NCBI GenBank assembly: GCA_026992635.1 | Contig: JALWYU010000048.1 | Span: 1 to 59,643 of the forward strand | Length of the DNA stretch: 59,643 nt | DNA from: Bacteroidota bacterium | GTDB lineage: Bacteria > Bacteroidota > Bacteroidia > JAADEI01 | Reading direction: 5' to 3' | Shown: positions 29,755 to 39,423 of the stretch, piece after piece | Layout: each line of letters starts with the position of its first letter | How positions within the stretch are numbered: position 1 is the first letter of the stretch | The notes under the pieces: model-generated | What the model was told of the DNA's origin: nothing | Database searches by the model: none | The model's input: only the letters and a program-made list of their open reading frames with translations | Position numbers and translations under genes: made by a program

Positions 29755-31055
29755 TTGGCTGGATAGCTGGATTCCTCGCCTGGGCACAGCCCCAATCCCA
29801 AACCCTGACATTAAACCAGGCAATCCAGATCGCCCAACAGCAGAACATCCAGGCGGTCGCTGCCCGAACACGCGTCCTGCAAGCCAGAAAGAAAGTGTGG
29901 GAAACCACCGCCATCGGCTTACCGCAGATCCAGCTAACGGGCAACTACCAGTACTTTATTGACCTGCCCGTGACGCCCGTGCCCGCCCGAATCTTTAACC
30001 CATTAGTGCCCGAAGACCAGTACCTCTACCTGAAGTTCGGGCAGGACCAGAAGATGGAATTTGGCATCCGCGTAACCCAGCTCATCTTCAGTGGCAGCTA
30101 CATCGTGGGTATTCAGTCGGCAAGGACCTATCAGCAAATCAGCAAGCTGGCAGAAGAAAAGACCTATCAGGAGCTGCGCAAAGCCGTGGTACAGGCGTAT
30201 GTGAACCTGGCACTCGTGGGAGCCATGCTCAGTGTGGTGGACAGCCAGCTGGCAACCGGCAAACAACAGCTCAATGAACTGCAATACATGCATCAGGAAG
30301 GACTGGTAGATAGCCTGACGGTCGCCCAATTGGCGTCCCAGGTAAGGCTGCTGGAAATAGAGCGCGAGAACCTGGTTCGGCAACGGCAGGTGGCTGCACA
30401 GATGCTCAACGTTTTACTGGGCAGAAGTCCAGACGAACCGGTCCAGATTCTGTACTCGCTGGAAGCACTGGTAGAACCCCGCATAGACACCGCCTTCAAC
30501 CCACAGCAGCACATTGACTACCGCATAGCGCTCAACCAGGTCCGGGCGCAAAAACTGCAGGTCCGCTACGTACAATCGCAGGCATTACCCACCATCTCTG
30601 CCTTCTGGATGGGTAGCAAGTATGCCTACAGCGGGAAGACTTTTGACTTCTTTGACTCGGGCAAGGAGTGGCAGTGGCAGAGTCTGGTGGGCGTCCAGGT
30701 GAATTTCCCCATCTTCACCAGTGGACGGCGCCACGCCCAGTACCAGCAAGCATTGCTGGACTACCGCCTCAGCCAGCTTAAAGCAGAGCATACGCTTCGC
30801 CAGTTGCGCGCGCAATTCAACAAGACTTACGCCGACTACGTCCACGCCTACGAAAAATGGCTGTGGAGCCAGCAGGAAGTCCAGCTGGCAGAAGAGCGGC
30901 TCCGCCAGGCATACGAAAAACTCAAGGTGGGCGAAGGCTCCTCCACCGATTTCCTGCTGGCACGCCAGGACCTCTACCGGGCTCAGCAAACCTATCTGCA
31001 AAACCTTGCCCAGCTGGTCATCCTGCAGGAAACGCTCAAAACCATGATGCAATGA
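29733..31055 (+). CDS. TolC-family outer membrane efflux protein
   Basis: LTLNQAIQIA, LPQI, two OEP repeats, FPIFTSG; lies within the efflux operon. Confidence 0.9.
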   Translation: MARSTWLIGWIAGFLAWAQPQSQTLTLNQAIQIAQQQNIQAVAARTRVLQARKKVWETTAIGLPQIQLTGNYQYFIDLPVTPVPARIFNPLVPEDQYLYLKFGQDQKMEFGIRVTQLIFSGSYIVGIQSARTYQQISKLAEEKTYQELRKAVVQAYVNLALVGAMLSVVDSQLATGKQQLNELQYMHQEGLVDSLTVAQLASQVRLLEIERENLVRQRQVAAQMLNVLLGRSPDEPVQILYSLEALVEPRIDTAFNPQQHIDYRIALNQVRAQKLQVRYVQSQALPTISAFWMGSKYAYSGKTFDFFDSGKEWQWQSLVGVQVNFPIFTSGRRHAQYQQALLDYRLSQLKAEHTLRQLRAQFNKTYADYVHAYEKWLWSQQEVQLAEERLRQAYEKLKVGEGSSTDFLLARQDLYRAQQTYLQNLAQLVILQETLKTMMQ

Positions 31056-31679
31056 AGGGAAACGAGCCTTACCTGTGCATCCTTCCAGTTTATGCCACTG
31101 TGTGGTCGGGTGGGTTGCCAGACTCGCAGCCAGATGAGAGTATATGCAGCACTTTTCAGGATACTGGAGCCGGGGGTCTACTGACCAGAAGCGTTTCAGG
31201 AGTGGCTGGACTGAGGTGTCGCAGGATAATCTTTCTGGCTGGATGCGTCAGAGGGCAGTTGCACAGGGATGAGTGTACTTCGGGTTCAACGGCTCCCATC
31301 TCCGTCACCAGGTCCATGCGTGTACGTGATAGGAACGGGCTGGGTCACCGCCACAGGATTCTGGAGGTGTTCCGTGGAAGTGGGTTTGTGCTCAAATCTA
31401 CAGCGATGGTGATACGTGGGGTGATTTTGGGAGTGATTGAGTTCATGGTTGCTGGACTTGTTTCAGGTTTGGGGTATTCAGGCGGGTGGACGGGCTTTGG
31501 AAGCCCAGGTAACAGTGTGGTTCTGTTTTTTCTGGCTGTAGTTTTAGCGGTCCTGGTGTCTGGATGCTCCAGTCTGGAAGCCACACTGCGAATCAGCCGC
31601 TTTGCAGGCGGCACCGTCATTTCGCTTGAAGGCGGCATGGTGTGATGGAGGCGTGCAGGATGAAAAAATTCAGGTTGCA

Positions 31680-32744
31680 ATGAAGGTGTTGCGCCTTGTT
31701 CTGGCTGTAGCGGTGGCAGTCCTGGTGGCTGGGTGCTCCTCACATAAGTCGCACGACAGGTCAGATACTTCGCAGGCGGAGACTGTCCTGCCGCTCATTA
31801 AGCCCATTCGCGTGGCACCGCAACCCTTTGACTACTACGTGGTGGGCACAGGTCAGGTCACCACCGATAAAGCCGTCCAGATCTTTCCGGAAATTGGCGG
31901 CAGGATTCTGCGGGTCTATGTCCGTGAAGGCGACTTCGTGCGGGAAGGCACGCCTCTGGTCAAACTGGATGATCAGCCCCTGCGCGACCAGCTCCAGCAG
32001 GTGCAGGCACAATACGACCTGGCAAAAGCCCACTACGAAAAAGTGGAGCGACTCTGGCAAAAGGGTATCGGAAGCGAAATCCAGTATCTGGAAGCCAGAA
32101 CACGAAAAGAAGCCCTGGAAGCCCAACTCAACCTGCTCAGGAACCAGCTGGCAAGAACGGTGGTAAAAGCACCTTTTTCAGGCTACGTCCACCGTGTCTT
32201 TGCACGGGAAGGCGAGCTGGGTGCCCCGCAAAAGCCACTGGTGACGTTGGTGGGCAACGGTTCCATCTATGTGGACGTTTATGTGGCAGAACGCTTTGTA
32301 AAAGACATTCGGCGCGGGCAGAAAGCACTGCTGGACTATTCCGCCATTGACTGCCAGGAGACGGGCACCGTGCTGTATGTGGGTCCGTACATAGACCCGC
32401 GCACGCGAATGGGCTTCGTGCGGATTCGCCGAACCGAAAAACACTGTCCTGTAGTGCCCAATATGAGTGTTTATGCCCGCATCATCACACGCCACTACGA
32501 TTCAGCACTGGTGGTCCCGCTCTATTCCGTGATTGAAGATGCGGCAGGCAATCCCATGGTGCTGGTTCTCAAGCCCACTGACACCCAGGATACCTACGTA
32601 CTGGAGAGCCGGTCCGTAACCCCCGATGTGGTAACCGAAGAAGCCCTGGTGGTCAGAGAAGGCATTCAGCCGGGCGAGTTGATTACGGGCAGAGAAACAC
32701 GTGCCCTGACGCCCGGTCAAACCGTCCGTATAGAAAAAAATTAA
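31680..32744 (+). CDS. RND efflux periplasmic adaptor (lipoprotein)
   Basis: LVAGC lipobox, GRILRVYVREGDFV..LVKLD lipoyl half, hairpin, VKAPFSG. Confidence 0.92.
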   Translation: MKVLRLVLAVAVAVLVAGCSSHKSHDRSDTSQAETVLPLIKPIRVAPQPFDYYVVGTGQVTTDKAVQIFPEIGGRILRVYVREGDFVREGTPLVKLDDQPLRDQLQQVQAQYDLAKAHYEKVERLWQKGIGSEIQYLEARTRKEALEAQLNLLRNQLARTVVKAPFSGYVHRVFAREGELGAPQKPLVTLVGNGSIYVDVYVAERFVKDIRRGQKALLDYSAIDCQETGTVLYVGPYIDPRTRMGFVRIRRTEKHCPVVPNMSVYARIITRHYDSALVVPLYSVIEDAAGNPMVLVLKPTDTQDTYVLESRSVTPDVVTEEALVVREGIQPGELITGRETRALTPGQTVRIEKN

Positions 32745-32751
32745 CCTTACG

Positions 32752-35700
32752 ATGACAGAAAAGGCAAAGGCATTATTACGGGAATTCGGACTGACGACCT
32801 GGGCACTCAAGCATGCCAAGGTCGTGGTACTTATGACCTGGTTTGCGCTCATTGCAGGTTTCTGGCTTTATCAGACCCTGCCCAGAGAGAGCTTTCCCGA
32901 TGTATCCTTCCCGGAAGTGTATGTAACCGTGCAGTATCCAGGTTTTACGCCCGAAGATATTGAGCGCATGATCACCCGCAAAGTAGAAAAAGAACTCAAA
33001 AAAATCCAGGGTATCAAAGAAGTGCGCAGTGTGGTCAAGACGGGCGTCTCCATGACCGTCGCCAAGTTCTCCTACGACTATGACATGGACGATGCCTATG
33101 ACCGCGTCAAGGAAAAGGTGGATGAGCTCTATGGCAGTGGTGAGTTGCCCGCCGACCTACCACGCCGTCCCACTGTGATGAAGCTGGACATCTCGGAAGT
33201 GCGTCCTGCCATGCAGGTAAACCTGTTTGGCGACCACGACCCGGCACAGCTGCGCCAGTGGGCGGAAGACCTCAAAGACCGCATTGAAGTGCTCAAAGAA
33301 GTTAGCTCGGTGGACATCGTCGGTGTAGAAGACCGAGAAGTGGCGGTGCTGGTGGATGTGGCTGCGCTTGCCGCCCACCACATTCCCATCATGCAGGTGG
33401 TTCAGGCGATTCGCAACGCCAACTATGCGGTGTCGGCAGGACTGATGCGTAACAACGGGGTCGTATTACCGTTGCGTGTGGCAGGCGACGTGCAGTCACT
33501 CCAGGAACTGGAAAACATTGTCGTGCGCCAGACGCCCCAAGGCGTCATCCGCCTGAAAGATATAGCACAGGTGCGCTTCCAGCTGGAAGAACCCGAGAGC
33601 TTCGCACGCCTCTATGGCAAGCCCGTGGTGATGCTGGTGGTGAAGAAACGAAAAGGTGCCAACCAGATTGAACTCTCCAGAAAAATCAGGGCGCTGATCC
33701 AGGAATTCCGGTCCAGCCTGCCCGAAGACGTCAATATCACCATTGCAGGCGACCAGTCTGAACACACCCTCCATCAAATCTCCAACCTTGAGAACAACAT
33801 CATTGCGGGACTCATCCTGGTACTGCTCATCATGACGCTCTTCATGGGCTTTCGCAACGCCATCTATGTGGCGCTGGCGATTCCCTTCTCCATGCTCATT
33901 GCCTTCATCGTGCTGTACGTGTCGGACATTACGCTGAACACGCCAGTGCTGTTTGCTTTAGTGCTCGCACTGGGTATGCTGGTGGACAATGGTATCGTCA
34001 TCGTGGAGAACGTGTTGAAATACCGTGAGCAGGGTTACGACCTGTTTTCTGCCGTGCGCTATGGCGTGGGCGAAGTGGCAGTGCCCATCATTACTTCCAC
34101 GGCGACGACCGTGGCGGCGTTCATCCCCCTGGCATTCTGGCCCGGACTCGTGGGCAAATTCCTGTACTACCTGCCCATTACGCTGATTGCCGTGCTGGCA
34201 GGTTCACTGCTGGTGGCGCTGGTGGTCAACCCCGTCTTTATTGCCCGCTATTCCGGACTTCAGGACAAACTGGGCATGAACAGGGTGAATCACACAGTCC
34301 GGTGGGTGTTCTGGACAGTGCTCTCTGTGCTGGGGCTGACAGGCATTGGGCTGTACGTAGCGGGCAAGCTACCCGTTCCAGACTACCTTTTGCCTTTAGC
34401 TATCCTGCTGGTGGTGATCAGCATCTCCGTGATGCTCTACCGGTGGCAACTGCACAAAGTGGTGGATTGGTTTCAGAACCGGGCGCTCACCTGGCTGGAA
34501 GACCGCTATGCCATCACGTTGGCAAAATTGCTCACCACGAAAGGGGCGCTGGGCATCGTGGCAATGGCTGTCATATTACTGGTGCTGGGCGCTGCCGGAA
34601 TCGCGATCCGCAAACCTGTGGTGCACTTCTTTCCGGACGCCGACCCCGACCAGGGCTACGTATTCATTGAGTTGCCCGAAGGAACGGACATCCACATCAC
34701 CGACACCTTCACCCGACAGGTGGCGGAGCGCATCTACACTCTTATCCGGCAAAAGGGTTACGATACGCTGGGCGTTACGTCCGTGATTGAACAGGTGGGC
34801 AAGGGCGCCTTTGACCCCACGAAGGGCATCCAGCCCGGCAGAATGGAAAACCGCGCCAAAATTACCATTGACTTTTCGCTGGACCGCTTCCAGAAGGGTT
34901 TGCTGGCGAAGGACGTCCTCCGCGAAGTGCAGGCGGTGCTTCCGCATCGGGCAGGCGTGGATATCTACCTGGGCAAGCGTGAGCACAAGCCGCCCATGGG
35001 CTATCCCATCAGCCTGGAACTCTACGGCGACGACTACCACCAGCTCTACGCCTTCGCCCGCTACCTCAAACATTATTTTGACTCGCTCCACATCCCGGGG
35101 CTGCTACCCCTCCAGATGGACGTGACACGGCGTACGCCCCGCCTGACCGCACTCATCCAGCGCCAGCTCACCGACATCTACGGACTTTCAGTCCGGGATA
35201 TTGGTCTGACGCTGCGCACCGCCATTTACGGTACCGAAGCTGGCGAACTCCACCTCTATGGCGACGACTATCCCATCAACGTGCGTCTGCAAAAGCCAGA
35301 ACGCTATCAGTTTGGTGCACTGGGACAGCTGCTCGTCCCCACAATGGACCGCCAGCACCTCCTGCCGCTGTCGGCAGTCGTTTCCTTCCAGCACGAAGAA
35401 GACTTCAACGCCATCTATCGCAAAAACCAGAAACGCTACATCCTGCTGTATGCCAACGTGGCTCCCGGCGGATACGGCGCACCACAGATCATCCAGATTA
35501 TGCAAAAGCACCTGCGCGAGCAGATTCGCGTGCCTGCCGGCATCACCTACCGCTTCACTGGCGAGCAGGAAGAAATGAAAAAGAACATTGACTATCTGTC
35601 TAAGGCAATGCTCATTGCCCTGTTCTTGATTCTGATGATCCTCATCCTGGAGTTCAACTCCTATCTGCAGCCGTTTATTATTCTGACGACAGTGGCGCTC

Positions 35701-36183
35701 AGTGCGGTTGGCGTGCTGTGGGGCTGGGCGCTCTCGGGCGCCGACATCGTCATTCTCATGATGATGATTGGCATGATTTCGCTGGCGGGTATTGTGGTCA
35801 ACAACGCCATTGTTCTGGTGGATTATACCAACCTGACTATTCAGCGCCTGCTCAAAGAGCGGAATCAGGCGAAGCCTGACCGGACGCTGGTCCGCGATGC
35901 CCTCGTGCATGCGGGCAGGATGCGCCTGCGCCCCGTCCTGCTTACTGCCATCACCACCATTTTGGGCATGTTCCCCCTTGCTATTGGCTTGAACATAGAC
36001 TTTGTGGGACTGCTCACACGCCTGCAGCCCAGCATCTACCTGGGTGGCTTCAGCTACGCCTTCTGGGGTCCACTGGCACAGACCGTAATCTACGGGCTGT
36101 GTTTTGCCACGGTGTTGACGCTGATGGTAGTCCCGGCACTCTACTATTTGCTGTGGCGGGGCAGGGGGAGTAACCTCTCCTGA
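32752..36183 (+). CDS. RND efflux transporter permease (AcrB/AcrD/AcrF family)
   Basis: LPRESFP, GMLVDNGIVIVEN, GIVVNNAIVLVD, RLRPVLLTAITT. Confidence 0.95.
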   Translation: MTEKAKALLREFGLTTWALKHAKVVVLMTWFALIAGFWLYQTLPRESFPDVSFPEVYVTVQYPGFTPEDIERMITRKVEKELKKIQGIKEVRSVVKTGVSMTVAKFSYDYDMDDAYDRVKEKVDELYGSGELPADLPRRPTVMKLDISEVRPAMQVNLFGDHDPAQLRQWAEDLKDRIEVLKEVSSVDIVGVEDREVAVLVDVAALAAHHIPIMQVVQAIRNANYAVSAGLMRNNGVVLPLRVAGDVQSLQELENIVVRQTPQGVIRLKDIAQVRFQLEEPESFARLYGKPVVMLVVKKRKGANQIELSRKIRALIQEFRSSLPEDVNITIAGDQSEHTLHQISNLENNIIAGLILVLLIMTLFMGFRNAIYVALAIPFSMLIAFIVLYVSDITLNTPVLFALVLALGMLVDNGIVIVENVLKYREQGYDLFSAVRYGVGEVAVPIITSTATTVAAFIPLAFWPGLVGKFLYYLPITLIAVLAGSLLVALVVNPVFIARYSGLQDKLGMNRVNHTVRWVFWTVLSVLGLTGIGLYVAGKLPVPDYLLPLAILLVVISISVMLYRWQLHKVVDWFQNRALTWLEDRYAITLAKLLTTKGALGIVAMAVILLVLGAAGIAIRKPVVHFFPDADPDQGYVFIELPEGTDIHITDTFTRQVAERIYTLIRQKGYDTLGVTSVIEQVGKGAFDPTKGIQPGRMENRAKITIDFSLDRFQKGLLAKDVLREVQAVLPHRAGVDIYLGKREHKPPMGYPISLELYGDDYHQLYAFARYLKHYFDSLHIPGLLPLQMDVTRRTPRLTALIQRQLTDIYGLSVRDIGLTLRTAIYGTEAGELHLYGDDYPINVRLQKPERYQFGALGQLLVPTMDRQHLLPLSAVVSFQHEEDFNAIYRKNQKRYILLYANVAPGGYGAPQIIQIMQKHLREQIRVPAGITYRFTGEQEEMKKNIDYLSKAMLIALFLILMILILEFNSYLQPFIILTTVALSAVGVLWGWALSGADIVILMMMIGMISLAGIVVNNAIVLVDYTNLTIQRLLKERNQAKPDRTLVRDALVHAGRMRLRPVLLTAITTILGMFPLAIGLNIDFVGLLTRLQPSIYLGGFSYAFWGPLAQTVIYGLCFATVLTLMVVPALYYLLWRGRGSNLS

Positions 36184-36270
36184 CCCATCATTCCTCCTGG
36201 GCAGAGGAGATTCCCTTTTGCAGCAACTGCTCGCCGCTGGGCAACAATCCAGCCACGTCAGGGAGAAATT

Positions 36271-36650
36271 TTTCCCGGGTGAGGGACGCGTTTTCCCAAT
36301 TGGAGGGCATTGTTTTCCTACCGATGGGCGTTTTTTCCCAACTGCAGGGCATTGTTTCCCAATTGGAGGGCACATTTTCCCGACCGGAGGGCATCGTTTC
36401 CGGATCGATGGGCGTTTTTTCCGGCTGCGGGGCGTTGTTTCCCGATCGGAGGGCGCATTTTCTCAGCTGTGGGACATTGTTTCCCTGGTGGGGGGGCGCG
36501 TTTTCCCAATTGGAGGGCATTGTTTCCCTACCGATGGGCGTTTTTTCCCGCCCGGAGAGCATGATTCCCAATTGGAAGTGCGATTTTTCCCAGTTAGAGG
36601 GCATCGTTTCCCAATTGATGGGTATTTTTTTCTCGGCTGAAGGGCAATTT
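36271..36650. repeat. degenerate 21-bp tandem repeat array, ~18 units, consensus TTTCCCAATTGGAGGGCATTG
   Basis: Units start at 36271, 36292, 36313, 36334, 36355, 36376, 36397, 36418, 36438, 36459, 36480, 36502, 36523, 36544, 36564, 36586, 36607 and ~36629; near-exact 53-bp higher-order duplication at 36287 and 36497. Confidence 0.93.
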
Positions 36651-36859
36651 CTTTCCTCAGCGGGTGTTTTGTCTTTTTCGGGGAGCAGTTTTTTGAGTTG
36701 ATGAGTGCCTGTTCCCTCCGGAGTGGGAAAGTTTCCTGGCTTGCAGACATCTTCAGGTGGGAGCACGATGGTTCACGCATCTGGCAGTGTCAATCGTGCA
36801 GGTGGCGTAAGGAACTTCTTCACACGATTCTTGTGTTCAGGCGAGAAAGGGAGTGGTGA

Positions 36860-37600
36860 ATGGCTCTGGCGCTGGACCGGATCTATCTGGGCGATTGCTT
36901 GGCGCTATTGCCGCAAATTCCGGACGCCAGCATAGACCTGGTGGTTACGGATCCGCCCTTTGCAATAGATTTTAAGGCGCGCAAAGCCAATTACAATCGG
37001 AAAGCCACTCGCGTTCTGGATGGGTATCAGGAGGTTTCCGCCGAGGAGTATTACGACTTTTCGGTGCGCTGGCTCCGGGAAGTCTATCGTTGTTTGAAGG
37101 AGTCAGGCAGTATTTATGTGGTGTCGGGCTGGACGCATCTGCGTGAGATTTTGAATGCGTTGCATGAGGTGGGTTTTCATCTGTTGAATCACATTATCTG
37201 GAAGTATCAGTTTGGCGTGTTTACGCGTCGGCGGTTCGTCACCAGCCACTACCATATTTTGCTTGGCGTCAAAAACCTGAAAAAGTACAAGTTCAACAAG
37301 ATTGAGCATTATCCGGAGGATGTGTGGATCATCAACCGGGAATACTGGACAGGCAAAGTGAAGACACCCACCAAGTTGCCCGAGCGACTTGTAGAGAAAA
37401 TGATTTTGTACAGCAGTGATCCGGGAGATGTGGTGCTGGATCCTTTTCTGGGATCGGGCACTGTGGCGGTTGTGGCAAAGAAGTTGAACCGGCGATACAT
37501 TGGCATTGAAATCGTGCCGGAATACTATGAACTGGCATTGAAGCGGTTACAACAGGTTACACAACCTTTGTTCAGCTCGGTTACTCCGGCTGATTCGTGA
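36860..37600 (+). CDS. site-specific DNA methyltransferase (N4-C/N6-A, beta class), orphan
   Basis: GDCL, IDLVVTDPPF (motif IV) ahead of VLDPFLGSGT (motif I), YIGIE. Confidence 0.93.
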   Translation: MALALDRIYLGDCLALLPQIPDASIDLVVTDPPFAIDFKARKANYNRKATRVLDGYQEVSAEEYYDFSVRWLREVYRCLKESGSIYVVSGWTHLREILNALHEVGFHLLNHIIWKYQFGVFTRRRFVTSHYHILLGVKNLKKYKFNKIEHYPEDVWIINREYWTGKVKTPTKLPERLVEKMILYSSDPGDVVLDPFLGSGTVAVVAKKLNRRYIGIEIVPEYYELALKRLQQVTQPLFSSVTPADS

Positions 37601-37647
37601 ACTTGAACGGGCGCTGGAATACCTTCTTCTTTTGCTTTCTCAGGCTG

Positions 37648-39384
37648 TTACGGGCAGCTGGGCGTTGTGGTACTGTTTGCCTGGACCGTACCCCCGGCAT
37701 TCACAGCCTGATAATTGTACGTGCTGAACTGAAATGTAATGTTTTGCAGGGCGGGCGGGTTCACCGTAAGGATACTGCCCTGGTTGGAAAGAATAGAAGG
37801 TGCACAGCTGGTGCAGGGATTGCCAGAAGGATCCAGTTTGATGACGAAGATATCGGGACGGGGAGCACTGGAAGAGAGTCCGGGTGAAGCGGTATAGCCT
37901 GTGATCAGGAGTCCTCCGTCGCTGGTGTAGGTTACTTGCTGTCCCCAGTCGTGGCTACTGCCGCCAATGACGGCATCCCACAGGAGTGCGCCCATGTGGT
38001 CTAAAGCCACGACGTATACATCGTATCCACCGGCACCAAATGATTGCGTTGCCCCGACGAGTATCAGTGTGCTATCAGGAGTTTCTATCAGGTCCATGAA
38101 GATTTCGTCGTTGTTGCCTCCGATACGCTGAATCCATAGAATAGAATTGGCGGCGTTGTTGATTTTGGCAACCATGAAGTCATAGCCCCGAGAAGTGCCG
38201 TTGTCGTCTACGGTCCAGGCGACGACATAGTTGTTGTCCCACGTCTGGATTGCCCGAACCACCGTTTGATCCCAGGGTAGTGATGAGGGGATAACCACCT
38301 GAGCTCCAGAAAATCGTTTTGACCAGATTGGCGTACCTGACGCGGGATTAAACAATACGACGACGGGAAGGCGAGGCGAAGGATACACCAGTCCACCCAG
38401 CAAGACATACCCCAGATTATTGGGGACCACCGAAGTGAAACGTTCCTGTGTTGTGGTGTAATTCACCAGGTAAGACCAGTTTTGTGCATTGCCTGACGGC
38501 TGAATATTCAGGAAACGACCAAAAGAAATAGAGGGAGAACCCTGGGTTGCATTGGGCATCCAGCCTGTGAGGAGGTAGCCACCCGGTGGAAAAGGATACA
38601 GACTGATGCTTTGTGGACTTTCATCATAGGAGTTATTGCCGTGATGCACGAGGTATTTCCACTGGATCTGGCACTGGGTATCTACCTGGATGAGAAAGCC
38701 GCGATCCAGCGACGTGGTGGTTTTTTGTGCGCCCACGATGGTTACTTTAAAGATGGCTGGGTCAAAGATTGCATCATAAGCCAGTTCATCGGTGTTGGCA
38801 ATTCCTATGGCACGTTCGCAGATGAGGTTGCCATCCGTATCTATTCGTGCGATGTAGATGTCAAATCCGCCGTTGGTAAAGGAGTTGGTGTAGCCAATGA
38901 GGAAATAGCCTGCGTATCCGGGGAGTTCTAAGGTGATGACGCCGTAGTCGTCTGCCGGTCCACCAATCGCTATGCAAAAAGAGTCCTGGAAAGATTGGCC
39001 TGGGTTAGTGCCGCCGCCTCCTCCGCCTCCGCCGCCTGAGCCAGGTGCGTTGCCCCCTGGACAAATGCATCCGATTTTACGCCAGGTGCCTCCACCCGTT
39101 GTGTCATAGGCTTCCAGACAAAAGGAGTCCACATTGAAAATCAGGAGGGCGTGGGCAGGACTGGCAATTGCATTTCGCTGGGAAGTGGTTAATCGTGGAA
39201 TCAGGATACCGCGGAGGGTGTCGTAGATTTCCAGTCGGGCGGAAGCATGGGGTTGGGATGTCCCAATGCCCACATTTTGCGCATGGACGGGACTTCCTTC
39301 TGGTAGAAGGAGGAAACAAAGCAACATGCCCTGTAATGCACTCCAGATCTTTGCGTTTGCTTTCGTGTGCGTGGCGTGCTTCAT
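37648..39384 (-). CDS. secreted beta-propeller protein with QNVGIGT N-terminal module and poly-Gly linker
   Basis: Signal peptide, AQNVGIGT module, GSGGGGGGGGT linker, repeats such as GGNNDE..LVGATQSFGAGGYDVYVVALD..W. Confidence 0.78.
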   Translation of the reverse strand: MKHATHTKANAKIWSALQGMLLCFLLLPEGSPVHAQNVGIGTSQPHASARLEIYDTLRGILIPRLTTSQRNAIASPAHALLIFNVDSFCLEAYDTTGGGTWRKIGCICPGGNAPGSGGGGGGGGGTNPGQSFQDSFCIAIGGPADDYGVITLELPGYAGYFLIGYTNSFTNGGFDIYIARIDTDGNLICERAIGIANTDELAYDAIFDPAIFKVTIVGAQKTTTSLDRGFLIQVDTQCQIQWKYLVHHGNNSYDESPQSISLYPFPPGGYLLTGWMPNATQGSPSISFGRFLNIQPSGNAQNWSYLVNYTTTQERFTSVVPNNLGYVLLGGLVYPSPRLPVVVLFNPASGTPIWSKRFSGAQVVIPSSLPWDQTVVRAIQTWDNNYVVAWTVDDNGTSRGYDFMVAKINNAANSILWIQRIGGNNDEIFMDLIETPDSTLILVGATQSFGAGGYDVYVVALDHMGALLWDAVIGGSSHDWGQQVTYTSDGGLLITGYTASPGLSSSAPRPDIFVIKLDPSGNPCTSCAPSILSNQGSILTVNPPALQNITFQFSTYNYQAVNAGGTVQANSTTTPSCP

Positions 39385-39423
39385 GATACTGCGATTTTCT
39401 GGAGAAAATATCCGCTTGACCTA

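Noticed and set aside
30857-31645. 262-aa ORF spanning the tolC end and the operon gap
   Set aside because: Overlaps tolC out of frame and has no recognisable domain apart from the decayed signal-peptide copy.
35188-36375. 395-aa minus-strand ORF
   Set aside because: Antisense shadow of the RND permease plus part of the repeat array.
36271-36650. CRISPR array
   Set aside because: Units are contiguous 21-mers with no unique 30-40 bp spacers, and no cas genes are present.
36188-36780. Overlapping ORFs in several frames (192, 140, 140, 105 aa)
   Set aside because: A 21-bp period keeps many frames open on both strands, and single-base indels shift the repeat between frames, which argues against coding.
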